DNA from: Nitrosarchaeum sp.
Lineage (GTDB): Archaea > Thermoproteota > Nitrososphaeria > Nitrososphaerales > Nitrosopumilaceae
Length of the DNA: 64,000 bases
Assembly (NCBI GenBank): GCA_965223865.1
Contig: OZ245020.1
Span: forward strand, 864,001-928,000
Direction of reading: 5' to 3'
Within the stretch, counting starts at the first letter, position 1; each line of letters begins with the position of its first letter. Below, piece by piece: positions 60,269 through 64,000 of the stretch. The notes beneath the pieces were generated by a model. The model was not told the origin of the DNA, ran no database searches, and worked only from the letters and a program-made list of their open reading frames with translations. Made by a program: the position numbers and the translations under genes.

Positions 60269-60757
60269 ATGCAAGTAGTAACTGATGACAGACTTCAACT
60301 GTTTGCCAAAATGGAATCAAAATACGAGGAAAAAGATACTGAATATTTCGTGAAACTTTTAGATCATCCTGATTATGTCGTAAGGACAAGAGCAACTTGT
60401 ATTTTAGTTGATTTTGGAGGAGAGGACAAAGTTCCTTACATTGCCAAAGTTCTAAAAAATGATGAAAATGAACTCGTAAGGCATGAAGCAGCTTTTTCTC
60501 TTGGCCAAATGTGCTATTCTAGTGCAATTGAGCCCTTAGCAGATGCAACACTTCATGATCCTAGTATGTTTGTGAGACACGAAGCTGCAATTGCACTTGG
60601 TGTGGTAGGCTCCAAAGAGGCAAAAGAAACTCTAGAAAAGGCACTGAATGATACCGATAAGCCAGTCGTGGAGTCAGCTATTGTTGCATTGTCTAATATT
60701 CAGTTTATGGAAAAGTTAAGTAAGAACGAAAAGTTTGCAAAGTTAACGGGTGGATAA
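60269..60757 (+). CDS. HEAT-repeat (PBS lyase-like) protein resembling one half of deoxyhypusine hydroxylase
   Basis: VRHEAAFSLGQM and VRHEAAIALG His-Glu motifs in four HEAT repeats. Confidence 0.8.
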   Translation: MQVVTDDRLQLFAKMESKYEEKDTEYFVKLLDHPDYVVRTRATCILVDFGGEDKVPYIAKVLKNDENELVRHEAAFSLGQMCYSSAIEPLADATLHDPSMFVRHEAAIALGVVGSKEAKETLEKALNDTDKPVVESAIVALSNIQFMEKLSKNEKFAKLTGG

Positions 60758-61558
60758 ATGAATTTTTCAGTTGGTATTATTGCTGCGGTTGGTATGCTTG
60801 TAGCAATAAGCTTAGCCATGATATCCTCAGATCCTGATTTTGTTATAAAACCGACATCTGAGCCAATTACAATACCTGAAGAAAAACCAACTATCTGTAC
60901 AATGGAATATGATCCAGTTTGTGGAGTTGATGGTGTGACTTATGGAAACCAGTGTATGCTTGATGCTGCTGAAATTAAACTAGATTATCAAGGAGAATGT
61001 GTGATGGCTCAACCAGAACCAGAACCAACTCCAGAACCAGAACCAACTCCAGAACCAGAACCAACTCCAGAACCAGAACCAACTCCAGAACCAGAACCAA
61101 CTCCAGAACCAGAACCAACTCCAGAACCAGAACCAACTCCAGAACCAGAACCAACTCCAGAACCAGAACCAACTCCAGAACCAGAACCAACTCCAGAACC
61201 AGAACCAACTCCAGAACCAGAAATATCTCCTTCCTCATCCAAATTATCGGCATCGCCGATAGACTATACAGTTGACATTGCAATAGGTTCCGGAGTTCCT
61301 GGATGTGAAGAAACCCTTGAATGTTATCTTCCATATTCTCTAAATGTTCAAGTTGGTGATACTGTAATTTGGGACAATATTGATACTGCAGCACATACCG
61401 TAACTTCAGGTAGTCCTACTGAAGGTGCTGATGGGTTCTTTGATTCTAGTCTTTTTATGTCTGGCAATACTTTTGAGGTTACTTTTGATGATTCTGGAAC
61501 TTATCCTTACTTCTGTATGGTTCATCCTTGGATGACTGGAAAAGTAATTGTTGAATAA
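60758..61558 (+). CDS. Membrane-anchored Kazal-domain, Pro/Glu/Thr linker, plastocyanin-like blue copper protein
   Basis: [20 protein letters not shown]...GEC; HTVTSG and YFCMVHPWM type-1 Cu ligands. Confidence 0.88.
   Translation: MNFSVGIIAAVGMLVAISLAMISSDPDFVIKPTSEPITIPEEKPTICTMEYDPVCGVDGVTYGNQCMLDAAEIKLDYQGECVMAQPEPEPTPEPEPTPEPEPTPEPEPTPEPEPTPEPEPTPEPEPTPEPEPTPEPEPTPEPEPTPEPEPTPEPEISPSSSKLSASPIDYTVDIAIGSGVPGCEETLECYLPYSLNVQVGDTVIWDNIDTAAHTVTSGSPTEGADGFFDSSLFMSGNTFEVTFDDSGTYPYFCMVHPWMTGKVIVE
61013..61222 (+). repeat. Perfect 18-bp tandem repeat CCAGAACCAGAACCAACT x11 plus 12 nt (PEPEPT linker)
   Basis: Counted directly; all units identical. Confidence 0.95.
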
Positions 61559-61560
61559 TT

Positions 61561-63639
61561 CTAAAGTGCTGTAACTTTACTGCCATTTTCATTTGCTTCA
61601 AATTTGTAAATTCTTTCTACATTGGAGTCTTCGAAAATTTCAGCATCATGGGTAATTATAATAAATTGCATTGGAGTTACAGAATTTGTTATGTCCGATA
61701 ATTGTGACAATACTCCAACCAATGATTTTTTTCGTTCTACATCAAGATGGATTGTAGGCTCGTCCATAATCATCAAATTGAGATTAGATGCTCCAAGAAG
61801 ACTAGCCATGCCTAATCTTAATGCTAATGCCACACTTACTTGTTCTCCTCCACTAAGTGATTCTAAATCTAACATTTCGTTTTTAGAAAAACAGGCAATT
61901 GAAATTTCTCTTGTTTTCTCTGATAATTGTATTCGGTGAATTTTTGTATTAAGTAGTATAAGATATTCTGACGCTTTTGTAGATATTGTATTTAATGCCC
62001 ACGAACGAAGACTTGTTGCAACTGGCCCATCTCTACTAAAAATATTAGTTTGAATACTGTCTAATCTATTAACATATTCTTTGACAAATTTTACTTCTTT
62101 AATGGCCTCCTGCGTTGATTTAATTTGTTCTTCACCTTGCATAATTTTTTCTGAAATTGCTCCTATCTGTTGATCAATTTGTGATAAAGTGACTTGTTTT
62201 TCATTAATTTCTGTTCTTAGATTTTGAAATTTATTTTCATCAAAATTTTTTGTCTCTGATTCGAGTTTTAAAATATTTTCAAAAATCATTTTTGCATGAG
62301 AGTCTATCTCTGAAATTTCTAATAGATTGTAACTAGCTGACAATGGAATATTTTGAACATTTTGTTTTTTTATTTTGATTTCTTCTTGGATTTTTATAAT
62401 ATCTTCTTTAGTGTTAATAGCATGGGCTCTTAGTGTTGCTTCTGCCTCCTTTGCACTTTGTAATTTCTCAGAGAATTCACTTCTTTTTTTATTGTATATA
62501 GTATACTCTTTTTGGGTATCAAAAATTTGCTGTTGAATTTTTTTTAATTCTTGTTTTAGATGCTCTTCTTGAAATAATGGATTTAGCTTTTCTACTTTAG
62601 AGTCACAAACAGGGCATTTGTTATTCTTTAACTGTAATTTTGTAGCAAGATTTTGTTTTTCTTTTAATGATCCTACTTGACTTGTCATCTCTTGAATTTT
62701 CTTTTGTGTTTCCTGTAATGCTTCCTCTATTTTTTGTATTTTTAATTCCAAGTCATTTCTTAGGCCTGAGTACTCAAAACACCCTTCACAATCGCTAATT
62801 TTACGTTCTTTTTCGTTAATTTCATGCTGAATTTCATGAATTGCTCTTTTTGCATATTCTTGTAGCTCTTTCTTTCTCTGTTCTAGTTGACTGATTTTTT
62901 CAATTTTTGGAGTATCTTTCTCTAATCTCTCCCTTAATTTTGATAATATATTTTGAAGTTGATTTTGTTTTGAAATTAAGTTTTCTTTTTGTGGTTTTGC
63001 ATCTTCTATTTCTTTTTGATATTTTTCTAAATCTCTTTGTAAAATATCAATATGTGTATCATCATAACCAATACTTTCTCTGATCTTTTCACGAAAATCT
63101 TTGTATGCTACTTTCATTGCTTCAGATGCAATGTCAAGCTTGTCTATTCCAATTATTGCATTTAGTAGTTCTTTGAATTCTTTTGGTTTTGCTTTGATGA
63201 TTGAATTTAATTCTCCTTGCTGAACAATTGATGCTATTTTCAGTTTTTCAAAATCCAAACCTATTGTTTTTTCTATTTCACGAGTCATGGACTCTCCGAA
63301 CTGTTTTCTTTCTCCTACAGCAATTTCAACAATCTCTCCGTTGATTATCTCAGAAAATTTAGCTGCCAAACTTCCTTTACTGTCAATTTTTCTTGTACTC
63401 TGATATTGTCTGCCATTTACCGAAAACTCTACTTTGGCAAATCCTTGATTAGAGCCACGTTTGATAAGTCCTTTATTTGATTTTCTGGTGTGTTGTCCAA
63501 ATAAAGCAAAAGTTATTGCATCAATGATGCTAGATTTTCCTGCACCATTGTTTCCCACAAATACTGTTACTCCATTATCAAAATCTAATTTGGTTTCAGA
63601 ATGTGACAAAAAATCTCCTAATTCGATTGATGTAATCAA
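61561..63639 (-). CDS. rad50: Rad50/SbcC ATPase
   Basis: GNNGAGKSS, Q-loop VQQGE, Zn hook CPVC, LSGGE, MDEPT, H-loop ITH. Confidence 0.92.
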   Translation of the reverse strand: MITSIELGDFLSHSETKLDFDNGVTVFVGNNGAGKSSIIDAITFALFGQHTRKSNKGLIKRGSNQGFAKVEFSVNGRQYQSTRKIDSKGSLAAKFSEIINGEIVEIAVGERKQFGESMTREIEKTIGLDFEKLKIASIVQQGELNSIIKAKPKEFKELLNAIIGIDKLDIASEAMKVAYKDFREKIRESIGYDDTHIDILQRDLEKYQKEIEDAKPQKENLISKQNQLQNILSKLRERLEKDTPKIEKISQLEQRKKELQEYAKRAIHEIQHEINEKERKISDCEGCFEYSGLRNDLELKIQKIEEALQETQKKIQEMTSQVGSLKEKQNLATKLQLKNNKCPVCDSKVEKLNPLFQEEHLKQELKKIQQQIFDTQKEYTIYNKKRSEFSEKLQSAKEAEATLRAHAINTKEDIIKIQEEIKIKKQNVQNIPLSASYNLLEISEIDSHAKMIFENILKLESETKNFDENKFQNLRTEINEKQVTLSQIDQQIGAISEKIMQGEEQIKSTQEAIKEVKFVKEYVNRLDSIQTNIFSRDGPVATSLRSWALNTISTKASEYLILLNTKIHRIQLSEKTREISIACFSKNEMLDLESLSGGEQVSVALALRLGMASLLGASNLNLMIMDEPTIHLDVERKKSLVGVLSQLSDITNSVTPMQFIIITHDAEIFEDSNVERIYKFEANENGSKVTAL

Positions 63640-64000
63640 TTTTCTTTCTCCTTTTTGAATCTCTGAAAATTTTCTACAATGATTTGTACTGCATCCTTTG
63701 TTTGACCTGTTGATAAAAGTGGGAGTAATTCTTTTATGGCAAAATTTGCTGCTTGTTGTGATCCGAGTATTTCTGTTGATAATCTAAACACCTCATCATC
63801 AATCAGATTAGGCCTATCTAGAAAGACTGAAGACTCTGATGCCTTTTTTGAGGATATTCTCCAAAAACATCTCAGAGTAAGTGCCTGCAGGCGTGAAATT
63901 TGTGCCTGAATTTGGTCTATTTCGATTTTTTCACCTTGGATTTTTAACTCAACTATTGGCTTTCTTTGAATTCCTGAAATTTTCTCAGAAATCTCATCAA
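63636..64000 (-). CDS. mre11: C-terminal part of Mre11/SbcD nuclease (partial, runs off the window)
   Basis: Open frame (…KPIVELKIQGEK…NFQRFKKEKEN*) whose TGA overlaps the rad50 TTG; identity inferred from context. Confidence 0.7.
   Translation of the reverse strand, partial: DEISEKISGIQRKPIVELKIQGEKIEIDQIQAQISRLQALTLRCFWRISSKKASESSVFLDRPNLIDDEVFRLSTEILGSQQAANFAIKELLPLLSTGQTKDAVQIIVENFQRFKKEKEN

Noticed and set aside
61013-61222. Possible CRISPR array
   Set aside because: Head-to-tail repeats with no spacers, in frame in a protein linker; no cas genes in the window
60975-61394. ORFs with LELVLV, RTRTNS and GSGVGS repeats
   Set aside because: Alternative-frame readings of the 18-bp PEPEPT repeat

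Overview
AT-rich archaeal chromosome segment from an ammonia-oxidising thaumarchaeon (Nitrosopumilaceae, probably Nitrosopumilus-like). The assignment rests on the eukaryote-type topoisomerase IB, the 3HP/4HB-cycle pair (ADP-forming 3-hydroxypropionyl-CoA synthetase plus dehydratase), AOA-type NirK, divergent FtsZ, CFI-box/IPxWIK surface proteins and the LysW-dependent Lys/Arg cluster. Bases 1-2790 are the right end of a decaying integrated element: a frameshifted tyrosine integrase plus small cargo genes, abutting the 3' end of an intron-containing tRNA-Met(CAT). The rest is mostly core genome: proteasome alpha, GDH, DnaG, RibK/RibL, Dph5, argG-argW-argX-lysYZJM / hcs-lysW-lysX-lysK, a sulfonate-type ABC transporter, split MetH, MetF, eL39/eL31/eL15, e-MtaB, fumarase, SerA and Rad50/Mre11. 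Two AT-rich accessory patches lie at about 18.4-21.5 kb and 57.7-60.2 kb. Most interesting leads: (1) a half-size deoxyhypusine-hydroxylase-like HEAT protein that could rebuild the diiron site as a homodimer; (2) two pathway-dedicated LysW carriers, of which the lysine-branch copy ends in EDWGQ rather than the essential EDWGE; (3) an unannotated structured RNA ending in ACA upstream of rpl15e; (4) LysM-like boxes and a repeated 12-bp palindrome; (5) several unannotated Cys-rich microproteins. All family assignments come from motif recognition by eye; no database search was run.
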